Positions 53,094 through 64,000 of a stretch of DNA of 64,000 nucleotides are shown one piece after another (the stretch's first letter is position 1; every line of letters starts with the position of its first letter). Under the pieces are notes generated by a model that worked only from the letters and a program-made list of their open reading frames with translations, searched no databases and had not been told where the DNA came from. The position numbers and the translations under genes were made by a program. Source of the stretch: Lingula anatina (taxonomy: Eukaryota > Animalia > Brachiopoda); assembly GCA_051362555.1 (NCBI GenBank), contig CM120640.1, positions 3,472,001 to 3,536,000 of the forward strand. The letters are read 5' to 3'.

Positions 53094-54080
53094 TCATCCA
53101 CAAATCGAGAGAAAATACTCAAAATCATCTCTCTCCTGGGTTCTGGCATTGTGCAGCCATTCCCATATATCCTGCTTCTTTCCACTGTTCAGACTATGAG
53201 ATGACACAGTGTGAGGGACCACCAGTCTAGGGGCGGGGTTATTTCTTATTTGGTCGTAACTGTCGATGTGTGCTGCCGTCTTGATGTACCTCTTTTCTTT
53301 CCGTCTGTGTAACCCGTGTCCAATCTCACTATGGCGTCTGTGTGTGCCGTATTCACTGCGTCGTCGGCTGAGGTCTGTCGTTCGTGTCATCTCGCGCTGT
53401 GGTTTTTTGTCGTCTGCTTCATCTTCGTCAGATTCGTGAAATTCCTCGTTGTCTTCCTGGACACTTTTGATAATATTCTGAACTTCTTCCCGTAGTTTTA
53501 TCACTTCGTCTGGAACCTTCTGTTTCATTGGAAGATATAAGTCAGAGCGTTGCTTCTTTTTGCTAATATGAGCACCAGTCCTAGGAATAAGTTTCAAGTA
53601 GTCTTGTCGAAATTTCTCAGAATCAGAATTAACCTGCACCTCCATGATGGGTCTAGATTTGTCCAGTCTGTTAGACCAAGTATTCGGGCGTAACAGCACC
53701 TTTGATGCACTATTGACCAACTCATCGTTGTAATCTTTGACTGGGTGGGAGTAAAACGGCTCTCGGAACATGGCGCGCAGGTCAGTGCGGTAATGATTGT
53801 CCACCGAGTTTCTTCCCCTGTCGTTAGGCAGCAGGTACGTTATCCCGTGACTGACCCTGCTTCTAGCCATAGCGTCCTTCATCTTGGTCAGTGGCGGGAG
53901 ATCTGGACACTGGTACTCGTGGGTGTCTAGATTGCCGCGTTCGTCCTGGCTGTCCTCCTCCAACGCCTCCATGAACCGGACCTTGGACCAGAACTTGCCG
54001 GACGCCTCTCGTGAGCTCTTAGACCCCGTCCTCGGGTTACTGCGGCTATCGCTGCTGCTTTTACTCTTTGCAGACGCCAT
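53094..54080 (-). CDS. Uncharacterised protein (orphan E, 328 aa, single coding exon)
   Basis: tccATGG start, long ORF in a GC-elevated island, 5'-UTR acceptor ttttctttatttccAG at ~54117; no recognisable domain. Confidence 0.8.
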   Translation of the reverse strand: MASAKSKSSSDSRSNPRTGSKSSREASGKFWSKVRFMEALEEDSQDERGNLDTHEYQCPDLPPLTKMKDAMARSRVSHGITYLLPNDRGRNSVDNHYRTDLRAMFREPFYSHPVKDYNDELVNSASKVLLRPNTWSNRLDKSRPIMEVQVNSDSEKFRQDYLKLIPRTGAHISKKKQRSDLYLPMKQKVPDEVIKLREEVQNIIKSVQEDNEEFHESDEDEADDKKPQREMTRTTDLSRRRSEYGTHRRHSEIGHGLHRRKEKRYIKTAAHIDSYDQIRNNPAPRLVVPHTVSSHSLNSGKKQDIWEWLHNARTQERDDFEYFLSICG

Positions 54081-56142
54081 GGATGTGGTTTTATACTATG
54101 ATAGCTAAGATTAAGCCTGGAAATAAAGAAAAAAGTTTTAGGAAAACTTCCCAGTGTGATCTTCTTATCCAGGGTCACTGTGTTACTGTGTTTTATCTGA
54201 GGGTTTTGGAGTACACAAGATAAAGATATAAGCTCATGTAGACTTATGTATATTGATTGACTAATGCCATATATTTCTACTTGAAACCCATGTGACTGAA
54301 TATATACCACAGTTTCTATGTTATAATAAGTAGACCTAAACCAAAAGAAGTATAAGAAGCAGGCTATCACTGTCATAAACAGTACACCGGTATATGAATG
54401 GAAGCTTGTAACAACTGTTGTAAGAACTATATAATGTTATATACTCTAAGCCGATCTCTTACCGTGGATACCATGGCCATCAAATTCTTCATATCCAGCT
54501 ATGTAGGGAAATTTCTATTCTCATCCTTGAAGTTGTTTTTCCCAAAATTTCTTTACCGGGACCTTCGTCTACTTTGTAACTGAGGTCCAAGTTCTTTCAT
54601 ACCACAAAGTTTGCCCCAGCGCGTTCCACCCTGACCCCGTTTCCAAGGCGTTCAGAGCAGTTAAACTATCCGATTTCCATTCAGCGGCCCTAACGCTGTT
54701 GTAGCTGTGCGTTAAAAGTTGAAATTACACCCCTCAGCGATTTTCAACACAACCAAAAATAACAACAAACATTGTGCTTTCGTGGGTGCATTGAGAGGTA
54801 CAATAACACATAAACTTTCGCATATAATTTCCCCGACTCCTGAGGCATCTAGCGGAGATATGAAACACTATTCTGACATCTAGCAGCAGTTGATTTTAAC
54901 GCTGTGGATTGTACACAATTTCTCTCGGGTCCACACATGCAGAGTCAATTCATCACTCTGTTATTATAAATTATAAGGGAAGGATATATAAAGATATGCA
55001 CTTGATGCGACTGGTTTAAATATCAATATTTGTCACCACGCACCTGCGATATTTCTGTAACCTGCCGTAACCTTTCATAAAGAAAATCGATCAACATTTA
55101 ATTTTATAGATTTATATTACGATGTAGTCAATAGCGCATGGGTTGCTCATCTCCGGCGCAGCTGATTGACCATTGACAAACTGCCACTGACAAGTAAACG
55201 TTATTTTAAAAAACGTGTCTATTGCCGTGTGTCGGCTTTCAAATAGTCCATAAATGTAATACAGTTCTTATTGCAATTCATTCATCAAATTATAATTCTG
55301 GTTCGTCTCCAGCCGAGGCTAATGTTGTTGTCTCTCGTCAAATGGTACTTCTAATCAGGCGTGGGTGGGTTTTCATGTAGATGATGACATGTTTTGGATA
55401 ACTTTTAAAAAGTATCCGCCTGTATCTATAGAACACATAACAAACTATTTATTTTTTAATGTCACTTAGCCTTTTCGTGTAAGCAAATTGGAAATATTTC
55501 AACTCTACAAGTAATAGAAAAGTCTAAAAGAACTTCCCTTTTCAGAGTAGCTTGTCAGGTTTCAATGTTTATTTCAGACGCGCGCTCCCTCTCCCCAAGA
55601 AAAGGTGTTTTTAAAAAATCAATTTCCCAATAGTACAGATACCGTTAAATGATTTTTGCTTCGATCAATGTAAATATTACCACTGACATATACCAGTTTG
55701 TTTGTACTGTACACATAGATCGAGTAGATGAGTACAAAAAGTACTCCAGCTGATCTGACGTACCGGGTATCTTCTCTATTGGACAATTATTGTGTCCTAA
55801 TCTCAACTAACACATCAAGACAGCGCATTCCAATTTGATGTTCATAATTTTGATGAAAATATCTGTCATTAGTCAAATAAGAAAAAAGAAAAGAAAACGA
55901 ATACTTCACACATCGAAAAACAAATAATTTTCAGATTGCATTCCAATAACTAAACAGATAAATAGAATTGTTAAGAAACGCCGCCCTCCACTGACTGAGC
56001 AAGCGTTATTTGGACTTGGGACCATTTCATGCGGCAGAAGTTGCCAAAAAATGTACGAAGTTTCAAACCACCCCTTTTTCGCTCCGGCAGACGTTCAGGT
56101 ATGCACTGTGGCATTGTTGACCTTGTAAGACATCTTAGGCCC

Positions 56143-56308
56143 AATTCAGAATAGGGGACTAACTAGTCCGAGGGTCAAATATGGCGGACCTACTTGAATA
56201 TCTTCCCCACGGGATATCTATTCAGTATCTATTAGCAGATTAGACGGCAAGTTTTGTAGTGGATAGCAATATTTGACCCTCAGACTAGTTAGTCCCCTAT
56301 TCTGAATT
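56143..56308. mobile_element. MITE / foldback with ~40-bp TIR
   Basis: aattcagaataggggactaactagtccgagggtcaaatat ... atatttgaccctcagactagttagtcccctattctgaatt (one mismatch). Confidence 0.85.
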
Positions 56309-57308
56309 ATAGACTCATCTTCAATGACTAAACAAGAAGGATACTATATGAAGCCAGTAAAGACGGCTTGATGGTAATGGTACCGGTGCATACCTACCAT
56401 GGTCTACGATGGGCTGTGCATCCCACTGTTTCCAGCTCCCATAAGACCAGGTTTTTCTCTATTAAAGGATACCTACAATGTTATGATATCTTAGACCCAT
56501 TTTAATCGGGAATACTTTTTTGTCCGACCATGAAATTGACCAAAACGTCGATTTTTTTATCCCTCACATTCATTTTCTGAAGACGTTCTTATGGGATCGA
56601 CTCTGATAGAACTGAGCTAGATTACATGTAAAGTCAAGCACTTCAGGAGAAATAGTCACTAAAATCGTCCAAACAACGGTCTCAAAGGAGTCTGCCACTG
56701 CTCTCCGACGATGGAACACAGACGGCAAATACAGGAGGCTCAGTGGTTCAAACATTCCTAGGGTCCACTGACGTGTCCACAATCCCCCTCTCCCCAACAG
56801 TAAATGTGTAGTTTGCTGAAGCATTACACATTGAGACGCAAATTTCTGGCTTTGGTGACCACTGAGCGTCCTGCCCATATTCGTATTGATATTATGGTTG
56901 TACAGGAAGGTCGCAAAGGTCTCTAATCTGTGTAAAGGCGCCTGAGACATGCTGACAAATCAAACCGCATTTATCATAACCCGTAAGTCCATTTCAATAG
57001 ATTGACAATCCACTTTATTACGTGTTGTGTTCAGCAACCTCGAACAATAGACCGATGACATACTAGGCAAAAATGTTCGTTTATATATGTGCGCTTAGAA
57101 TTATTTTAAGTGATTGCTTACATTGCCAAAATATTCTATTGCCAATATTCTTGACCGTATTTTAAGTTGCAAATAATATTCAAATTGTAAACGGATAAAT
57201 ATAAATTTTTACTACCAAGTATGGAGTAAATGAGGTGTATTATTTCAAACATTTTGTGACTGCTTATTGGGTGAATCACCCTCGATTTGATATTGCATCC
57301 ATTCTGAC

Positions 57309-60300
57309 TTACAAACAAGCGCATGCATTGGCCACCATATCGGGGATTCTCTTTAGAATTAAATCATCATCATTGTCAAAGTACAGTACACTTATGTAAC
57401 TGTAAGACACTGGCACGCAATGTGACGTGGTGTACCTATCCGAATCTAACGTCATCCTCTGATACATGGCTTTCACAAAGGCGTGGTTGCTGCCATTGAC
57501 AGAGGAGGCGGGCAACAGAGGAGCTGAGCAAGAACCAGCGCAGTAATTGGCAGTGTATCCTTTGGGACTCAGGATAAAAGTATCCCAGTGCATGTCAGCA
57601 AAACTGACGTACCATGAGTGAAGCTTGCAGGCCGTCGCAAGAACCGAAGGATCCAGTTCCCTGTCTGCTCTCGGCATTAGCTCCGGGATCGCGCGCTTCT
57701 GTCTGGTACCTGTCTGGTGTTTGTTGGTAGCGTCTTGCTCGCCATCTGGCGGAGTCTGCACTACTAACAGGGGCGCTTCCTCGGCCCTAGCAACCTCACA
57801 TTCATCACATTCCTCATCAATTTGCAGACCTTTTACATACAGAACAACTGAGGAGTCAGTGTGGTTGATGCACCTCTTTGGGTTTGTTGGAAATTTCAAA
57901 ACGACAAAAGAACGCGGTTTCGGCATACCCACAGTAACAGTCTCTCGAAGCACGGCGTCTCCGTTCACTGTCACGGTGCCCTGTGCGTTGTAAAAGGCAG
58001 GCAGCACCAACTGGACAGACGTGATCTCAGAGCTGGACGGCCATGAGTGGGGTTTGAATCGGAACACTGCTGTTGGCCTGGCTGAAACAACAAAGAGCAA
58101 TGTGCTATGAGGCCTAACGCTATTCCAGCATTTTTTATTCTTGTTCTTATACAGGAAGAACAAGAACAAGTGCAAGATATCAGTATATTTTTAAAAAGTC
58201 TTAATTCAGTTTCAGAAAACAATTATTTTCCTTTGCAAAAAAGTTTTTCATAATGGAGGGTACCGGGTGGTCATTTTTAGTTGAAAGTGAACGGGAGTGA
58301 AGACGTGGGCTTAGAGGAAAAAAGCGTTTTTTCCCAACAACACGGTGAGATAACATTTTCTTCTTTTAGCATTTTGGGCAGAGAATACTTGTAGAAATAA
58401 TAATAAGTACATGTTATGAAAACGTATAACGAAACCTGAAGGTGCAAAATCGTGCTTAATTTTCAGTCAATTTGTTTTGAAATATATGGTGCATCGACCG
58501 ACAGCGCGTCAAAGACGCTTAAGTTGATTGAATTTAGCAGGAACATTAACCCCCTAGGAGATAGATCGATCCCAAGTTAGTACGATAGTGTCTAGGAATG
58601 GTTCCTTTCAAAGCATTACAAAGCGTAACAAAACTATAGGTAGCACTGTTGTACAAAAGAATGTAATTCTACATAACTTAAGAGAAAACAACCAGAAATA
58701 TATCCATATCTGTGAATGAATCCCGCCAGCTTTTATTTCTTTCTCGACTTTATCTAAGGTTCCGACTTCTTGCTTGATTTTACACTATGTCGCGATACTG
58801 TGGGCTATCTCGCATGGTTCCCAATGGGTTTAAAACAGACAAGTTTGCCGAATTTAGAACTGCCTTCAGATATACCCAGTGGATGGCTGCTACCAATAAC
58901 AACGCAGATCTAATTAAGGCTACATTGAAATTCGATTTTTAATCTCAATATTTTCATATGTTCATTAGTCTTGCAGTCACAATTAAGACTGGTACCGGTC
59001 CGTAAACATATCGACGAACAAAATAGGAACTTCCGGGGATAAAATGCTTTTCAGGAACCTAAATTTGGCTCAAACTTTTAAAACTAAATTTTAGTCTACC
59101 CTGACCCATGACAAATATTGCGTCTTAACAGGAAGAGCCCGGGTGATGTTTTAGACCAATAGGTACTTTATTCAAGTAGACAACTACGTTATTATTTCAA
59201 AGTTTAACAAAATTTTTGTGGTAAAGTTTAAACCAATTAAGGTTCTTTTGTGGAGCCATACGCAGGTGTAGGAGCCACTTAAAGTCGACTAGGAAGTTGG
59301 GCCGATTGAGATTGAGACCCAATTTAATGTGGCACATTTGTCATTGTGCAAGAGGATGGGGACACTCAATATAGCGTATCATTCCCAGAATTACAATTGT
59401 GTCACTTAACATCTTATGGAACTCAGACAAGTGAAAGGGGGAAAGGAAAAAAAGGCAAAATGCCTTCTTTTATGTTCTGACGTCCCAACAGCTGGTCTAT
59501 ATCGTTAGATCAACTAAATATTACATGGCCTGTGGATTTTATGTAACTTTTATCGGAAAAAAGGAAGTCCTCCGCTATTTTTTCTTTGAAGTATATCTAG
59601 CCCTTGAAAGAATTCTTAAGTCAAGTTCAATACCCGAAGAAACCTTTTTGCAACATAATTGAAAAAGTCGGTGCGCAGAGCATTTCATATCTGAATTGAA
59701 GACTCTAATTTTAAAATTTTTGACTGTTGTTGTATTTGATGTGTGTTTTACTTGAATAAATGAACATTTTTATCTATACATAACAAACAGAAGCTCCCTA
59801 TGACTGTATATATTTCAAAGATTATCCTGGAAAAGATTCTGTCAGTTCCTCTCAAGCGAAATTGGCCGTAAAACTAGTTTGAAGTGGACAAATGGCTTCG
59901 TTGATACCAGCACGTAGCACCAATGGAGTGCATTAAATAAAATTTAACAAGACAGAAAAACGTTTAACTAAAATCGCGCATTCCACACAATCCATGACAA
60001 ACGAGTGTAATTTCTTGACCTACCTTGCTTAAATTGGTCTAGCATACACAATTTGTTTTTAAGTGTCAGTAACTCTGTTAGATATAAACATTTTTTCGGT
60101 GTAAAAGATATATTCAAAAGCGGTAATCGCGATAATACATTCTTTCTTCCTTAAATTCTCCATTATTATCCCACGGTCGGTACTTTGAACAAGAGGGTAA
60201 TTGCAGTAGTACCACTATAGTTACAACACGAGCCGTCCACGGCATGCGTCATACAAAATCGTAATTATGTCTAGGCACAGCCGAGATATAATGGGCCTTT

Positions 60301-61704
60301 TGCAGCTAGATGACTAGATGTTGGTTTATTTTGTTTACATTTCCTTCAATATTTTGGATTTGTGTAGAAAAAAAAAACATAACAAGCCCCCAAATGTCTA
60401 TGAAAAAAAAGGATTAAACTTGTTCCCAGCAAAGTAGTCCAACTAAGGTGCACATTATTTTATTAATGGATTGTAGCCACTGCATGTACGTTTTAATAAC
60501 ATTCCTGCGAAATTTTAAACACTTAGCTTCAGTTTGTTTCCACGTACACATCCTTTATACCATCACAAGGTTATGAAAATAGATTTTAAAATCTCTTCTA
60601 GGAAGTTACTTTCATATGCAAAAACGGCTCATTTGAACTCGCCGCTCAATAAAACTTTTTTCCAACTGAAGCTCCGTTTTCTTGGTATTGTTATATGTAG
60701 TAGAGTTACAAGAGCATGTGATCAATTTTCGTATATCGTAGGTATTGTCTAATAAATTGAGAGGCCAGCTTCAGTGGCGGATTTAGAGGGGTGTCCAGGG
60801 GGGTCATGGCCCCTCGCCCTTCGATTTCTGAAAAAAATCACATCAAATGTCCCCTCTTCAAATAAGAATTATAGTTCTAAACCGTACCAAATGGCACCGT
60901 TGGCCCTCTAAAATACCAACATTTTTCGGGGCCCTTCAGCGGGCCCCAAACCCCATGGTTTTTTGATGGCACTTTTGTCATGTAGGCCTCTATTGCTGAA
61001 CAGCATATCACCCAAATTGAAAATAGAGGTGCATTTCACAAGCAGAAGTTTTATAATATTCAGTGAAAAACAAATTAAAATTGCGCAAAAATAATTAATC
61101 GTTCTTTACGAATTAAAATTATTATTATTATTATTTTTTTTACAACGCTATATTTGTGGGAAATACGTAGCCTACGTTCCTTTTTACGGTTAGACGATGA
61201 ATTATTTTTGTTCTCCATGGTTCCAGGAAAGTGAAACTTTGATATTAACTTATTTATGTGGGACCCTTAAATTATCAAACAGTTTCTTATCCCTGCACTA
61301 AATATTTTAAGGAGCGTGACGTTATTTGCACCTCTTTATTATCTTAAAATTCAATATCCACAAGCAAAAGAAAGTTCTTACATATCTTATGGCCTATTTT
61401 GTCAAATCTAGATCTTATAAATGTTCCTTATTGCCTTTGTGTACTAGATAAGTGCTTATCTCTTACCTGCCACTGATCTAAAACTCTGCACAGTTGAACT
61501 GGGAATTCTCCCGTTTTCCATTTCTTCATAAAGAAATTTCATGAACATATGGGGCGCCCTGCTTGCGGAATTTCGGGGATTTAAGGTATCTACACCTATA
61601 CCTAGTCTTCGGGCGACACTTTCTGCATATGGGCCTCCAAAGTTCCCGGCTACTGTACCGCTTACCAAGAGAAGCATGGCGGAAAATACTATTCCAGAAA
61701 CCAT
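57309..61704 (-). CDS. BMP-like TGF-beta superfamily ligand precursor, 2 exons (61704-61467, 58081-57309), ~336 aa
   Basis: Signal peptide MVSGIVFSAMLLLVSGTVAG, prodomain APHMFMKFLY, furin site RQKR, mature domain CKLHSWYVSF..MHW..FILSPKGYTANYCAGSC..PL...NHA...HCVP...ISVLYFD...DMVANACAC; phase-1 donor and acceptor match. Confidence 0.9.
60772..60960. mobile_element. Truncated MITE-like element in the BMP intron
   Basis: Begins cagtggcggatttagaggggtgtccagggggg, a TIR style common in non-autonomous DNA transposons; no matching right end seen. Confidence 0.45.
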
Positions 61705-61792
61705 TGCTGCACCACGCCGACGGCTGACTAGGTAATCTGTTTTTTTTGGTTACGAGCGACATTTATTTCAAGATTTTGGATTATTCCATTAA

Positions 61793-61799
61793 TTATATA
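61793..61799 (-). promoter_or_regulatory. Candidate TATA box of the BMP-like gene
   Basis: TATATAA on the minus strand ~90 bp upstream of the ATG. Confidence 0.4.
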
Positions 61800-62393
61800 C
61801 GAAGCAGGTCCCCATTCAAGTGAAATGGCATTCAATGGCATTCTGGAACGGGTTTGTGCAGATTCCCGCCGCGCACGCGTATAGGTACATCTTAATTGTG
61901 CACGTTGATGGAGGTTGGCGGCATTTTTTAAAAGTGCCATGCAATGATTATCTAAAAAACAAACCTGTGTGCGCACATCCACACCAACACGCGCGCATTT
62001 ATAGGCCTACCGCAGGGCAGATCATACCAATCTAGTTCCTGGCTTACTCGGTTGGTTTTCATTACAGCCATATCGGACCATAGGCCACATCATGCAGTTA
62101 GACAGAATCGTAAATTAAGCAAGCCATAATTAAATGCTGTTTTATAATCTTCATAAGGGATTTTAGTCAATAGGCTATAAAAAATATCATCATAAAAATA
62201 AATGTTGTTTAAAAAAGACAAGACGATATTAAAAATATACCGAGCCAGCAAAATTGCACAGTAAGGATGATCATGCAAAAGGCATAACTTGTCTGTTTGC
62301 AGTTAGACTCATCATTCAGTTGGCCTAAGGTAGGCCAAAGCGCCGCGGATGACCTATTTAATATGTAGGTCGCTGGCTCGCAAATATATGTGG

Positions 62394-62408
62394 CACGTGA
62401 CGTCACGT
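62394..62408 (+). promoter_or_regulatory. Overlapping E-box (CACGTG) and full CRE (TGACGTCA)
   Basis: cacgtgacgtcacgt, containing a perfect 14-bp palindrome, ~20 bp before the APPBP2 ATG. Confidence 0.6.
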
Positions 62409-62425
62409 TAGATGACAACAACATC

Positions 62426-63648
62426 ATGGCCGCGTCTGCGCTGGAGTGGGTCCCTGATTCTCTTTTTAATACTGCGATCTCGATTGTTGTTAAGCATTAT
62501 TCTAAGTTTAGAAGGGAATTAAAAACCTTACCAGAAAATGTACAGTTTGATGTTTATTATAAGGTAAGTAGTTTGCTAAAAATGGAAATTATATTGGCTA
62601 TCTGGGGGAAATGCTAGTCTTTTTCTCCTAGCGTGCTTTACAAAAACTAAAATCCTAAACATTGTTATTCAGTAACTAAATGTGAACGTAAGTACAGCTG
62701 CTAAAAATTATAACCTTAATTCAGATGCCATAAGACTAAGTTCTTTGTGAGCGTGAAAATTAAACCAAACCAATTGTTACATACTCGTAGAGTTGATATG
62801 TAATTCCTCCACATTTTGAATTTAATTAGGGCGTAATACGGCTCGTTTATACTGATAATTAGATGTAAGGGCAGTTAAATGTTTTGCCAGAATACTTTTG
62901 AAGACATTTACGTAAGTCCGTTTTTACAGGTCACTCTAATACTTAAGTAGTGATTTCAAACCACCCATAGACTAATAGTAATCTTTTTAGAAATAGATAA
63001 CTGTATGCTATTTCATATGGATTTAAAATTTTCATTTTAATGGACATCATTGAGAATGTTGGTACCAATTAGAAAAATAAATGGAATTTGTTTTGTAAAT
63101 AATCTGATCCATTCCAAAGACAGTTACTGATAAATATTCATCAGATTAATTTAGTCACAGTCTCAGGCCTACCCAACTACCAGACTGGTCCCTGAATGAT
63201 CCCAATTTACTGGTAGATCAGATCACATTGCCCGTTTTCAAAGTGTGTGTCAGTTCGCATTTCACAGTATCATACCCGGAACAAAATTTGAGATGAAATG
63301 CACTACTTTCCAACCTCCACTACGGATCATCACTATCATATATCGCTTACTAGGCAACCTGAACAGTGGTATTGCGTCTGATACTTCGAAGTGCGTACTG
63401 ACACACACCTTGAAAATGAGTGGTGAGGCCTGGTAGTTCGGTAGGCCTGAGTTTGGAGGTTGGTTGCAAGATATATCTCCTCATTCTGAGGATGATATTA
63501 ACTATGTTGAAGTTTAGCCATCTCTATTGCTATAACTAACACAATATTCTGATTTTAAGTTGTACAGCAAGGGTCGGTTATGTCAACTTGGATTGGAATT
63601 CTCAGAACTGGATATATTTGCTGGTGTTTTGAAAGTAAATGACAAAAG
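62426..63648 (+). CDS. APPBP2: Amyloid protein-binding protein 2 (PAT1), exons 1-2 (62426-62563, 63560-63648); continues beyond the window
   Basis: MAASALEWVPDSLFNTAISIVV...LPENVQFDVYYK/LYSKGRLCQLGLEFSELDIF..VL...DKR closely matches the APPBP2 N-terminus; canonical GT-AG sites. Confidence 0.92.
63164..63449. mobile_element. MITE with ~20-bp TIR in APPBP2 intron 1
   Basis: caggcctacccaactaccag ... ctggtagttcggtaggcctg. Confidence 0.8.
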
Positions 63649-63659
63649 GTGAGAAGTGT

Positions 63660-63706
<47 letters not shown>

Positions 63707-64000
63707 AGTGTGTGCTTACTGTAGTCAAAATCATGTTTTTATTTAAGTCAAAACCTAACTTTCCAGCCAAAACTAGAGTGTGCTTATGATTAGTTGTAGA
63801 ATTAGTCAATCAGTTTAGGCTATTTTAATACATATTTTGCATAATAGTATTAGACTAGACAACCATGGGTGTGGCCTTGGTAGAGTAAACTGTATACTAT
63901 GCCATGTCTTTGAATTGTCAGTTAAAATTGTGTTAAATGTTAAAGAATCATTACTAGTGAGAGTATAGCTGTGTACATTCCCTGTATCACACAAGAATTA

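Noticed and set aside
57309-57630. Calling the ligand Nodal or Lefty
   Set aside because: It lacks Nodal-type YNAYRCEG/LSMLY..HE.MIV features and the Lefty-type C-terminal extension; residues are BMP-like, so no symbol was assigned.

Overview
AT-rich, intron-containing animal genomic DNA, most likely a lophotrochozoan such as a mollusc (inferred from gene and repeat style, not proven). There are no prokaryotic features or CRISPR arrays. From left to right: the last three coding exons of eRF1 (ETF1, +), with an intronless FMRFamide-receptor-like GPCR nested antisense in its upstream intron; a compound Helentron-type non-autonomous element; a 16-exon M17 leucyl-aminopeptidase-like gene (-) head-to-head with FAHD2 (+); a ~20 kb block of five unrecognisable, Ser/Arg-rich, apparently disordered ORFs; a two-exon BMP-like TGF-beta ligand (-) lacking the dimerisation cysteine; and, head-to-head with it, the first two exons of APPBP2 (+). 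Several MITEs and tandem repeats are also present. The most interesting items are the orphan cluster (shared short motifs: PP1-type RVxF/W, RRxS/T sites, LPxI, C-terminal [VI]xxWL), the 6-cysteine BMP, an in-frame UGA interrupting the N-terminus of one orphan, and three GC-AG introns in three consecutive genes. All gene models were spliced by eye, and homology calls rest on remembered sequences, not searches.
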